Positions 9,001 through 17,655 of a stretch of DNA of 64,000 nt are shown one piece after another. Position 1 is the stretch's first letter. Every line of letters begins with the position of its first letter. Below the pieces are notes generated by a model. That model was not told the DNA's origin. It did not search any database and saw nothing but the letters and a program-made list of their open reading frames with translations. Made by a program: the position numbers and the translations under genes. This DNA is from Candidatus Parachristensenella avicola (GTDB lineage Bacteria > Bacillota > Clostridia > Christensenellales > UMGS416), in NCBI GenBank assembly GCA_904420205.1, contig CAJFUN010000016.1, positions 12,395-76,394 on the forward strand, in the 5' to 3' direction.

Positions 9001-9666
9001 ATGCTGACGCAAGCCAAAAAGGAATTCATTGAATTCATGATGAGCGCGGATGTGCTTCGCTTCGGCGACTTTGTTACGAAAAGCGGCCGCAATACGCCCT
9101 ACTTTGTCAACACCGGCAACTATAAAACCGGCCTGCAGAGCTCCCGGCTGGGCGAGTTCTACGCCGCCGCCGTCCATGACGCTGTGGGCGGCGATTTCGA
9201 CGCCATGTTCGGCCCAGCCTATAAGGGCATCCCGCTGGCTACCTCCGCTGCCGGCGCTCTGGCCCGGAATTACGGGCTGGACAAGCCTTTCTTCTTCAAC
9301 CGCAAGGAGGCCAAGGACCATGGCGAGGGTGGTTCCATCGTAGGCTATAAGCCCAAGGACGGCGACCGGATCATTATCATTGAGGATGTCATTACCGCCG
9401 GAACCGCTGTGCGGGAAACCATGCCCATCCTGACGGGCTGCGCCGACGTAAAGGTGACCGATATGTTCATCTCCGTCAACCGCTGTGAGGTAGGCTCCAC
9501 GCCCGGCAAAACCGCCGTTATGGAGGTTGGAGAAGAATTTGGCATCCGTGTGCATGCCTTGGTCACGGTGCAGGATATTTATGAATACCTCAAGGAGCAG
9601 GGCTCCTATGGCAGCGTGCTATCTGCGATGGAGCGCTATATGCAAACTTACTGCATCTTCGACTAA
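9001..9666 (+). CDS. pyrE: Orotate phosphoribosyltransferase
   Basis: FIEFMMSADVLRFGDFVTKSGRNTPYFVN and the PRPP motif IIIIEDVITAGTA. The ATG at 9001 is 9 nt after AAAGGA; an in-frame ATG at 8995 is too close to the SD. Confidence 0.9.
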   Translation: MLTQAKKEFIEFMMSADVLRFGDFVTKSGRNTPYFVNTGNYKTGLQSSRLGEFYAAAVHDAVGGDFDAMFGPAYKGIPLATSAAGALARNYGLDKPFFFNRKEAKDHGEGGSIVGYKPKDGDRIIIIEDVITAGTAVRETMPILTGCADVKVTDMFISVNRCEVGSTPGKTAVMEVGEEFGIRVHALVTVQDIYEYLKEQGSYGSVLSAMERYMQTYCIFD

Positions 9667-9688
9667 GCCGATCCTATTTTCGCAAAAC

Positions 9689-9724
9689 AAAACCGCTTCG
9701 CCTCTTGGCAAAGCGGTTTTGTTT
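9689..9724. terminator. Bidirectional terminator between convergent pyrE and the MATE gene
   Basis: AAAACCGCTT-11 nt-AAGCGGTTTTgtttg. Confidence 0.7.
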
Positions 9725-9755
9725 GCTTTTCAATCCCTATTCTCCCTGCGAATGG

Positions 9756-11237
9756 TTACTCTTCCAGCGTTTTTTTGCTCAGCCATGCCTCGCCACGATA
9801 GCGGACAAGGAACACAAGCCCCCGCGCCGCCCATTCCAGCACCATGGCTACCCATACGCCCGATACGCCCATACCCATCGGCAGCGCCAGCACATAACCC
9901 AAGCCTACCCGCACAGCCCACAAGGAGGCCAGCGACACAGCCGTCGTAAAGGCGGCATCCCCTGCGGCGCGCAGGGCATTGGGCAGCACATTGGAAAGCG
10001 ACCAGAAAAACGGCAGCCCCGCCATGGCAATATATAGCAGCCGCCGCACCAGCGACAGCGTTTCTGCCGGCGGCGCATAAAGGCCCAAAATCCCGTCCAT
10101 GAGCGGCAAAAACAGGGCGATGGAAACCAAGGAGGCCAGCGTACCCAGCAGCAGCATGCCCCGGGCATATTGCCGCGCCAGCTGCCGGTCGCCCTTACCA
10201 ACGCACTGGCCTACTAGGGTAATGGTCAAGTTTGCCACCGCTGTACCGGTGCAATAGAGCATAAGGAAAGCGGAATTTCCTACGGCGTTGGCGGCCACAG
10301 CCAAAGAACCGAGCTGAACCATATAGGTCTGGGCAAGCAGCGTTCCGCCGTTGAAAAAGATCTGCTCCACCGCAAATGGCACGGCCAACCGCGTGATGGA
10401 GCGCAGGATGGGTTTGCTGATGGCTAACACATGGTGTAGGCGGATGCAAATGACGCCGCCCGGCCGGGTAAGGAGCACCAGGGACATGATAGCCCCAATG
10501 ATGCGGGCTACATTGTAAGCCAAAGCCGTGCCGGCAATATCCAATCGCATCACATTGAGGAAAAGGATACTGGCCAGCAGGTATATGGCGTTCATGGTGA
10601 TGGACATGCCCATGCAGATCTTGGTGGCGCCTGCGCCGCGGAAGGAGGCAAAGGCGGCGGCATAGATGGAATAGGGCACCAGAGAGCAGGAGAATCCGCG
10701 CATATAGCCCACTGCCTTCTCCATCACCACGGGGTCCAACCCCTGATACAGCAGTTTTAGCAGCGGCCTTGCGCCGGCAATCAGCAGCACACTGCACAGC
10801 AGGGCCGCTGAAAAGATCGCCATCAGCGACTGACCGGCGCTGAGGCGTACCCGCTCTTCGTCGCCCCGGCCTTTATATTGGGCTACGACCACTGCGCCGC
10901 CGGAAGCGATGGCTCCATACAGGGCGGTAATAAGCATGATGGCCGGGTTCACCAGGCTGACGGCCGATACCGATTCCTGGCTGGAGGCGCTGATCATGGA
11001 TGTCGCCAGCACGCTGATTAGGTTAATGGAAATTTGATCCAGGATCAATGGGATCAGCATGCCGAATACCTGCCGCCAAGTGAACAGCTCGCTGCCCCAG
11101 ATCCGGGCAAAAAGCCGGTCGGCCCGGGAACCTTCACGGATCAGAGTAGGAAATAAAGCGCGACGCACAAAAACCGCCTTCCTTCCAAAGCTGGTGTCAT
11201 ACCTTTTTACGGTATCGCCGCAGCCCGGAAAAAGCAA
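9756..11237 (-). CDS. MATE family efflux transporter
   Basis: 493-aa polytopic protein with typical MATE N-terminal organisation (..LFARIW..MLIPLILDQ..) and 12 predicted TM segments. The exact start is uncertain. Confidence 0.8.
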   Translation of the reverse strand: MLFPGCGDTVKRYDTSFGRKAVFVRRALFPTLIREGSRADRLFARIWGSELFTWRQVFGMLIPLILDQISINLISVLATSMISASSQESVSAVSLVNPAIMLITALYGAIASGGAVVVAQYKGRGDEERVRLSAGQSLMAIFSAALLCSVLLIAGARPLLKLLYQGLDPVVMEKAVGYMRGFSCSLVPYSIYAAAFASFRGAGATKICMGMSITMNAIYLLASILFLNVMRLDIAGTALAYNVARIIGAIMSLVLLTRPGGVICIRLHHVLAISKPILRSITRLAVPFAVEQIFFNGGTLLAQTYMVQLGSLAVAANAVGNSAFLMLYCTGTAVANLTITLVGQCVGKGDRQLARQYARGMLLLGTLASLVSIALFLPLMDGILGLYAPPAETLSLVRRLLYIAMAGLPFFWSLSNVLPNALRAAGDAAFTTAVSLASLWAVRVGLGYVLALPMGMGVSGVWVAMVLEWAARGLVFLVRYRGEAWLSKKTLEE

Positions 11238-11290
11238 GGCGGTTTTTCATTTTTAAGCAGGATTGTGATGCGATCGGAGCATAATCCGTC

Positions 11291-12286
11291 CTATTCCAGG
11301 GTCATGCGGGCGGCAACCTCCCATGGGATCTCCAGAAAGGACGGCTCGCCAGCTAGCGTTCGGGGCAGTTCCTCGATCAGCCTTTGGGTTACATAAGGCC
11401 TGCGGTCCACCGTGGGCCCGCCCATATGGGGCATCAGATATACACCGGGCAGGCCCCGCAGCGGGCTATCCATGGGCAGCGGTTCCTGCTGGTACACATC
11501 CAGCACGGCCTTAAACCGCCCCTGGGCCAGCAGACGGGCCAAGGCCGCTTCATCCACGATACTGCCACGGGCCGTATTGATGAACACTGCGCCCGGAGCA
11601 AGGCGCGCCAGCAGCCCTTCATTCACCAGGCGGTAGGTTTCCGGCCGCTGGGCCAGGTGCACCGACACCAGCTTGCAGCTGGAGAAAATTTCCTCCGGCC
11701 CTGCCTTTACAACACCCCATTCCTCCGCCTCCTGGGGCGAAAGATGGTCGGCCCATACCTTCACCGGGCAGCGGAAAGGACGCAGCAGCCGGACCACATG
11801 GCGCGCGATGGCCCCGAAGCCCAGCAGGCCCACCGACTGATCCAGCAGCCCCTCGTTGTAGCTGTTGAGCTCGGGCCACCCCCGCTCCTGGGTCTGCAAA
11901 TATCCGGGAATATCCCGCAGGGCGGTCAGCGCGTAGGCGATGACCGCTTCAGCCACAGATTCGGCGTAGAGCTCATTGCCGCTGAGCACCCGTATGCCCC
12001 GCGCATACAGCTCGGGCGATACCATGGCGGCTACTGAACCGCCGGTATGGGCGATTACCTTGAGCTGATCGGCTTCCCGGAGCGTCGTCCCGTTCAGCTG
12101 GGGCGATCCCCAGCCTGTGACCAGCACATCGATCCCTTTTAAGCGTGGGGCCAGTTCCTCGCCCGTATAGGGGCGGGGCAGCGGATTCCACACCACTTCT
12201 CCCAGCGCTTCCAGATCAGCCGCCTGCTTAGGCGGGATAAAGCTATCCCTCAGCGGGCCTGCGCCCATGGTTACCAGTATTTTCAC
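11291..12286 (-). CDS. D-isomer-specific 2-hydroxyacid dehydrogenase family protein (NAD-binding)
   Basis: Rossmann motif GLLGFGAIARHV with R (TARG), E (YQQEP) and H (PHMGG) catalytic positions. Start set to GTG 12286 behind AAAGGGGGAA. Confidence 0.8.
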   Translation of the reverse strand: MKILVTMGAGPLRDSFIPPKQAADLEALGEVVWNPLPRPYTGEELAPRLKGIDVLVTGWGSPQLNGTTLREADQLKVIAHTGGSVAAMVSPELYARGIRVLSGNELYAESVAEAVIAYALTALRDIPGYLQTQERGWPELNSYNEGLLDQSVGLLGFGAIARHVVRLLRPFRCPVKVWADHLSPQEAEEWGVVKAGPEEIFSSCKLVSVHLAQRPETYRLVNEGLLARLAPGAVFINTARGSIVDEAALARLLAQGRFKAVLDVYQQEPLPMDSPLRGLPGVYLMPHMGGPTVDRRPYVTQRLIEELPRTLAGEPSFLEIPWEVAARMTLE

Positions 12287-12494
12287 CCTGTTCCCCCTTT
12301 CCCGGCTGGGCAAAAAGCATGCAGCCCGACCGGCGAAAATATTCAATACGCTCCTCGATCATGGATACCGGCACCGCAAAAGCCGCAGCCAGGCACCGCT
12401 TGCATAGGTGCCGGGTTGCGCCTCGGTTGACCAGCTTGCGGTGGACGGCGATCTCGTCGGGCGTCAAAAGCGCCCCGCAGCGGTAGCAGCTCAC
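12243..12494 (-). CDS. Small zinc-ribbon-like protein of unknown function
   Basis: 83 aa. CxxC (CYRC) ... CxxC (CKRC) ... GC near the end. The GTG start overlaps the GH27 stop (GTGA). The 3' end overlaps the next gene by 44 nt. Confidence 0.55.
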   Translation of the reverse strand: MSCYRCGALLTPDEIAVHRKLVNRGATRHLCKRCLAAAFAVPVSMIEERIEYFRRSGCMLFAQPGKGEQGENTGNHGRRPAEG

Positions 12495-13636
12495 AGCCGG
12501 ACAAGACTGGCCCGGTATACCCGGCAGTCGTAAGCATCCAGCGTATGGGTAATGTGCTCGCGGGCAATGCCGGCCTCTTTATGCGCCCACAGATCATACA
12601 GCTTCAGGCCATAACCCGCGGCGGTCGGCAGACCCAGATCCCACAGCGCCAGGCTCTGGCGCTGCGCCTCGCCAGAGAGGTTGAAAAATCCGATCGCATA
12701 GCCGCCGTCTGCCAGCGGCTTGACATATACGCGGGAATCGGCGTACTTGCCATCATCGCCAACTCCGCCCAGTGGGATCATATAGCTTTGGCGTCCCTCA
12801 GGATCCTGGTTGACGGCGATCATCTCCCGGTTCATCAAGATCTCGCGGGTGGCATCGCTCATGCTGCGCACATCGCATCCAATCATCAGCGGCGAATTCA
12901 TCATGCACCAAAGGGAGAAGTGGCTCTTATACTGTACATCGCTGCAGCCGCCCAGGCCCACGTTCCCTTTTCCGTACATGCCCACCACCAGCATATCGAT
13001 GTCATTGTAGCATCCGGGGCCGGAATAGGGCTCTCGTCCGTCCTGGGAGGTGACGATGCTCTTGATTGAAGCCCAGTTATCCTGAATATCGCCGGTGGAG
13101 CGCCACATATGGGCGCCGGTGGAGCGGATCCACGTTTCCACCTGGTCGGTCCCCCAGTTGCAGGCCGAAAAGAGGATGTCGCGCCCGGTGGCCCGCAGGG
13201 CCATGGCCATGCGCCGGTATAAGAGACGGCTTTCGATCGAGCGGGGTTTGTAGCAGTTGTCGTATTTGAGAAAGTCTACGCCCCAATCGGCAAAGGTCTG
13301 GGCGTCGATAAACTCATGCTCCAGGCTGGCTGGGTATCCGGCGCAGGTCATGGTTCCGTCGCAGGAATACATGCCGAATTTCAACCCCTTTTGGTGGACA
13401 TAATCAGCCAGCGCTTTCATGCCAAAGGGGAATTTGGCCGGATCCGGAACCAACCTTCCCTGCCCATCGCGTTCCATCAGCGCCCAGCAGTCGTCGATAA
13501 CCAGATATTCATATCCGGCTTCCAGCAGTCCTTCCTCCACCATCTTGTCCGCTGTTTCTCGGATCAGCGTATCGCTAATCTCCTGTCCGAAGGTATTCCA
13601 GCTGTTCCAGCCCATGGGCGGCGTCTTTGCCAGCAT
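12491..13636 (-). CDS. Glycoside hydrolase family 27 alpha-galactosidase-type enzyme
   Basis: PPMGWNSWN, YLVIDDCW and WGVDFLKYDNC signatures. No signal peptide. Confidence 0.9.
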   Translation of the reverse strand: MLAKTPPMGWNSWNTFGQEISDTLIRETADKMVEEGLLEAGYEYLVIDDCWALMERDGQGRLVPDPAKFPFGMKALADYVHQKGLKFGMYSCDGTMTCAGYPASLEHEFIDAQTFADWGVDFLKYDNCYKPRSIESRLLYRRMAMALRATGRDILFSACNWGTDQVETWIRSTGAHMWRSTGDIQDNWASIKSIVTSQDGREPYSGPGCYNDIDMLVVGMYGKGNVGLGGCSDVQYKSHFSLWCMMNSPLMIGCDVRSMSDATREILMNREMIAVNQDPEGRQSYMIPLGGVGDDGKYADSRVYVKPLADGGYAIGFFNLSGEAQRQSLALWDLGLPTAAGYGLKLYDLWAHKEAGIAREHITHTLDAYDCRVYRASLVRL

Positions 13637-14526
13637 TATGCTTTCTCCTCCTTTTTCCGAGCTTCTTCCAGCTCCTCATCCCAGGTCAGGTGGCGGTAAT
13701 CGGCCCCCGCCGGGTCTTTTTGAATCCAGTCCACAAAATCCTCCATCATGGGCAGCGTCCAAGCCGTGTCAATCTGGGCGCTGGTGTAGATGCGCTGCTT
13801 GAGCCGGGTAAACCCAAAGATGTCGCGAACATGGCTCTTCTCCGCCTGCACCACTACTGCCTCCGCCAGGTGGGCGGGGATAAAGAGCACGCCGGACTGG
13901 GTGCCGAACACCACATCGCCCGGCAGGCAGACGGCCTGGCCGATGCGGCAGGGCGTGTTCATACCGGTCATGACATATTCCGCGATAGCGGTGGGATCCT
14001 CGCCCCGATGATAGATCTGCAGCCCGTCGATGTGAACGATCTGCTCCATATCCCGGATCCCACCCCAGAAAACCGCGCCGCCCCGCACCGTGCGGGTGCG
14101 GATAGCCGTGGAAAGGTTGCCGCCCACAAAGGTACCGTCGCGCACCTTGTCATAAAAGTCGACCACCACCACGTCGTCCTCCACCAGCGAATCGATGACC
14201 CATTGGTTAAAAGTGCCCCGTCGTCCCTCGCGCTCCAGCCCCTGCCGCTTAAGCAGCTCCTCCAGATCCGGCCGTGTGGGCATCAGCACCGCGGTTACGG
14301 CACGGCCCACCAGCCGGTAATCCGGATCCGGGTTGGTGCGCTTGAGATTTCCCTCAAACTGATACTTATACCCCTTCTGGTAGATGGGGCCCCAAGCCTC
14401 CTCCAACGTCAGGCGGCGCAGGCGCTCCAGCACGCCGGCGGGCACTTTGGGCCGTCCGTCCTCCAAGCGCTCGCCCGTCCACAGGGGCGTCAGGAATTTT
14501 ACCTCTTCCGGGTTAAAGAACTGCAT
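13636..14526 (-). CDS. RraA family protein (HMG/CHA aldolase-like fold) with N- and C-terminal extensions
   Basis: Core FVGGNLSTAIRTRTVRGGAVFWGGIRD and LPGDVVFGTQSGVLFIP. Start trimmed to MQFFNPEE (ATG 14526) behind GAGGAGG. The stop overlaps the GH27 start (TAATG). Confidence 0.75.
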   Translation of the reverse strand: MQFFNPEEVKFLTPLWTGERLEDGRPKVPAGVLERLRRLTLEEAWGPIYQKGYKYQFEGNLKRTNPDPDYRLVGRAVTAVLMPTRPDLEELLKRQGLEREGRRGTFNQWVIDSLVEDDVVVVDFYDKVRDGTFVGGNLSTAIRTRTVRGGAVFWGGIRDMEQIVHIDGLQIYHRGEDPTAIAEYVMTGMNTPCRIGQAVCLPGDVVFGTQSGVLFIPAHLAEAVVVQAEKSHVRDIFGFTRLKQRIYTSAQIDTAWTLPMMEDFVDWIQKDPAGADYRHLTWDEELEEARKKEEKA

Positions 14527-14628
14527 GGTCCGATCCTCCTCTTTTGCAGGCGCGCTTTGCTTGCCTGCTGTCATAGCCCGCACGCTTCGCCGCCCGGGCC
14601 AGGGTTTCGCCGCTTCCGTGCATCCCGC

Positions 14629-15393
14629 TTACAGCAGCATGGCGCATCCGTCCAGGCGAATGGAAGCGCCTGAGAGATGATCGCTTTTTTCCGAAGCGAT
14701 ATAGCAGGCCAGCTCCCCACTGTCGCTGGGCAGGCCGATCCGGCCCAGTGGGTATTGACTGATCCAACGGGGCCGGGGCACGGTACGGTAAAGGGGCGTT
14801 CGGGGCGCGCCGGTCTTGCCCTCGATCTTAACGCCTCCCGGAGCAATGAGGTTCACCGTAATCCCATAGGGCGCAAACTCAATCGCAGCTTCCCGGCACA
14901 GCATCTTGAGCCCGCCCTTGCTGACGGAATAGGCGGCGTCAAAATCGTTGGGCCGCTTGCCATGTACCGATGAGATCAGGATGATCCTGCCATGGCCCGC
15001 TGCCCTCAAAAGGGGCAGGGATTTCTGCATCATCAGATAGGCGGCGCGCAGATTCACCCGGATGATCCGCCGAAAGTCCTCATATTGCCCTTCCAGCATG
15101 GAATACTGCGTCTGGATCGCCGCGTTATTCACCAGGATATCCAAGCGCCCATATTCGCGCTGGGCTGCGTCCACCAGGGCCTGGCATCCCTCCGGCGTGC
15201 CCACATCCGACTGCACCAGGATCGTGGGCGTCAGGGCTTGCAGCTCCCGGAGCGTATCCTCGGCCATGCCCCGAGAGCTGTTGCAGCCGATCACAAGCCG
15301 CGCGCCCTCCCGGGCCATGGCCAGGGCGATCCCCTTGCCGATCCCCTTACCCCCGCCGGTAATGAGCGCCACCTTTTGGTCAAGCATACCCAT
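14629..15393 (-). CDS. SDR family oxidoreductase (classical; canonical motifs)
   Basis: TGGGKGIGKG cofactor motif, NNAA, and S...YSVSK catalytic motif. Confidence 0.85.
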   Translation of the reverse strand: MGMLDQKVALITGGGKGIGKGIALAMAREGARLVIGCNSSRGMAEDTLRELQALTPTILVQSDVGTPEGCQALVDAAQREYGRLDILVNNAAIQTQYSMLEGQYEDFRRIIRVNLRAAYLMMQKSLPLLRAAGHGRIILISSVHGKRPNDFDAAYSVSKGGLKMLCREAAIEFAPYGITVNLIAPGGVKIEGKTGAPRTPLYRTVPRPRWISQYPLGRIGLPSDSGELACYIASEKSDHLSGASIRLDGCAMLL

Positions 15394-16135
15394 TTTCCCA
15401 CCGCCTTTTGGAGTCACCGTCGCCATAATACCCAATAAATCCCCCGTCCACCCGCAGGGTTGCGCCGTTGATATAGGCAGCCGCGTCGGAGAGCAGAAAG
15501 AGTGCCGGTTCCGTCAGCTCCCCAAGAGAAGCCGCCCGGCCCCGGGGAATCTTGGTCTCCAGGGTATCGTAGATGCCGGAAATATCGCTATGGAAGCGTT
15601 CCGCATCTTCCGGCAGGGGGCCGGCCTCCAGCATATTGACCCGGATGCCCAAGCGCCCATAGTCCTGCGCGGCCTCCCGCATCATCATGGACAGCGCGCC
15701 TTGGGCCACCGAATAGGTAAAGGCGCACCCCGTGGGCTTTTCATCATGGATGCTGCCCATGATGAGCATGGCGCCGCCGCGCTCCGGCCCGATGGCCCCG
15801 GCCGCCGCCCGGAAGGCGCACCAGCCGGTCATGAGATTGGCCTCCATTTCCTCCTCCCATATTTCCACCGGGCAGTCGGCAATGGCAACCCGCCGCACAT
15901 GGCCCGCCGCGTGCACCAGATAGTCCAGCGGGCCAAAGCCCTCCAGCGCCCGGGCCGCATGCTCATCGTTCACCGGGTTCACCGGGTAGCAGCGGGCCTC
16001 CACCCCCTCCGGGGGCCGAAGCACGCCGGAAAGGGTAAGGGCCGCGCCCTCCCCATACAGCGCTCGGGCCAGCGCCGCGCCCAGGGGCGTGTCCGCCCCG
16101 GTAATCCAGGCCCGCCGGCCTGAAAAGCGCTCCAT
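15380..16135 (-). CDS. SDR-fold protein with degenerate motifs (YxxxQ instead of YxxxK)
   Basis: Reads TGADTPLG instead of TGxxxGxG, and YSVAQ at the active-site position. Overlaps the next SDR by 14 nt. Confidence 0.75.
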   Translation of the reverse strand: MERFSGRRAWITGADTPLGAALARALYGEGAALTLSGVLRPPEGVEARCYPVNPVNDEHAARALEGFGPLDYLVHAAGHVRRVAIADCPVEIWEEEMEANLMTGWCAFRAAAGAIGPERGGAMLIMGSIHDEKPTGCAFTYSVAQGALSMMMREAAQDYGRLGIRVNMLEAGPLPEDAERFHSDISGIYDTLETKIPRGRAASLGELTEPALFLLSDAAAYINGATLRVDGGFIGYYGDGDSKRRWENGYA

Positions 16136-16138
16136 GGA

Positions 16139-17506
16139 TCAGCTCCAGAGCCGGTCGTGGCTGACCCAATCGTTCCACGTTTCGGTGGACATCCACAGCC
16201 CCGGCGCATTGGGATTGAGATGCTCGCGCAGCACCTCATCGTTGAGCCCGTCAATGCCCAAGCCCGGCGCGTCGGGCACGGTGAGCCAGCCGTGATCCAC
16301 CATCCGCCCATGGCGGTATTCCACCATATCCTGCCACCAGGGCACATCGTTGGAATGGAACTCCAGGGCAATAAAGTGCTCCATGGCCGCGCAGGTATGG
16401 GCTGCCGCCATGCAGGCCACCGGGCTTTCCGCCATGTGCATGGCTACGCCCACCCCATGCTCCCCGGCATAGTCGGCAATCTTCTTGCTCTCCAGCATGC
16501 CGCCAGCGGTCAGCAGGTCCGGATGGATGACCGACACCGCCTGGGCGTCGATCAGGCGCTGGAAATCTTCCTTGAGATAAATATCCTCGCCGGTGGCGAT
16601 GGGCGTGGTCGACGCCTGGGAGAGGCGGACCATCTGCTCGGTATACTGCCAGGGCACCATGTCCTCCAGCCAGGCCAGGTTATATTTCTCCACCCGACGG
16701 GCCAGCTTGATGCAGTCCTCCACGCCGATATGGCCGAAGTGATCCACCGCCAGCGGCATCTCATAGCCCAGCACCTCGCGCACCTGGCGCACATATTCCT
16801 CCAGCGCCTCGAACCCCACCTCGGTGATGTGGATGCCTGTCTGGGGGTGGGGGATATTCTCGTAATCATAGATGCGGTTGGTATAGAAGCGCACAGCCTC
16901 CCGGTCGCCGGCGTCCCTGGCCTCGGCCAGCTTTCTGTGGAGCGCCCCGCCTTCCTCAAGAAAGCCCAGCGGAGCCGACAGCGCGCCTGGAATGTGGCGG
17001 ATCTGATTGATGCCCAGATCCATCTTGAGGAAGGTATAGCCTTGCTCAGCCCGGCGCTTAAGGGCCTGACCCATGGCTGTCCCGGTGTCCTTGCCGTCCA
17101 CGTCGGTGTCGCAGTACATCCGGATCTTATCCCGGAATTTACCGCCCAGCAGCATATAGGCCGGCACGCCGTAAGCCTTGCCGGCCAGATCCATCAGCGC
17201 GACCTCGATGCCGCAAACGCCGCCGCCCTGGCGCGCGTGGAAGCCGAACTGCTTCATCCGGCGGAAAAGCTTATCCACGTTGCAGGGATTTTCGCCCAGC
17301 AGCAGCCGCTTGAGCATCAGGGCATAGACCGGGTCGGCCGCGTCGCGCACCTCGCCGTATCCCTCGATCCCCTGGTTGGTACTAATCTTGATGATGGGGC
17401 AGCGCATGGGCGCGCCCACCACGTCGGCAATGCGCATGTCGGTGATCTTCAGCTGCGAGGGGCTGGAGCAGGTATTGAAATTCAGGCTCACGTTTTCCGG
17501 CTGCAT
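16139..17506 (-). CDS. Enolase-superfamily (mandelate racemase/muconate lactonizing enzyme family) acid-sugar dehydratase-like protein
   Basis: Capping domain GIEGYGE..GIEVALMDLAGK..PAYMLLGG. Barrel metal-ligand region KMDLG / AWLED / ATGED. Start trimmed to MQPENV (ATG 17506) behind GGGAGGA. Confidence 0.8.
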   Translation of the reverse strand: MQPENVSLNFNTCSSPSQLKITDMRIADVVGAPMRCPIIKISTNQGIEGYGEVRDAADPVYALMLKRLLLGENPCNVDKLFRRMKQFGFHARQGGGVCGIEVALMDLAGKAYGVPAYMLLGGKFRDKIRMYCDTDVDGKDTGTAMGQALKRRAEQGYTFLKMDLGINQIRHIPGALSAPLGFLEEGGALHRKLAEARDAGDREAVRFYTNRIYDYENIPHPQTGIHITEVGFEALEEYVRQVREVLGYEMPLAVDHFGHIGVEDCIKLARRVEKYNLAWLEDMVPWQYTEQMVRLSQASTTPIATGEDIYLKEDFQRLIDAQAVSVIHPDLLTAGGMLESKKIADYAGEHGVGVAMHMAESPVACMAAAHTCAAMEHFIALEFHSNDVPWWQDMVEYRHGRMVDHGWLTVPDAPGLGIDGLNDEVLREHLNPNAPGLWMSTETWNDWVSHDRLWS

Positions 17507-17655
17507 GGGGCGTTTCCTCCCGTTTTTTGAAGTTGCCATATCCGGCAACTTCATCATAGCACCGCCCTTACCCCCGCACAAGCTAGAAGATTTTGACTTT
17601 TGCCATCACAGGAGCGCATAAAAAGGGCCGCCCGCACGGGCGGCCCCACCTTCGC

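Noticed and set aside
8779-9555. 258-aa minus-strand ORF over pyrE
   Set aside because: It lies antisense to pyrE and no motif was recognised. I briefly considered its 3' part (8779-8990) as a pseudogene tail, but there is no support.
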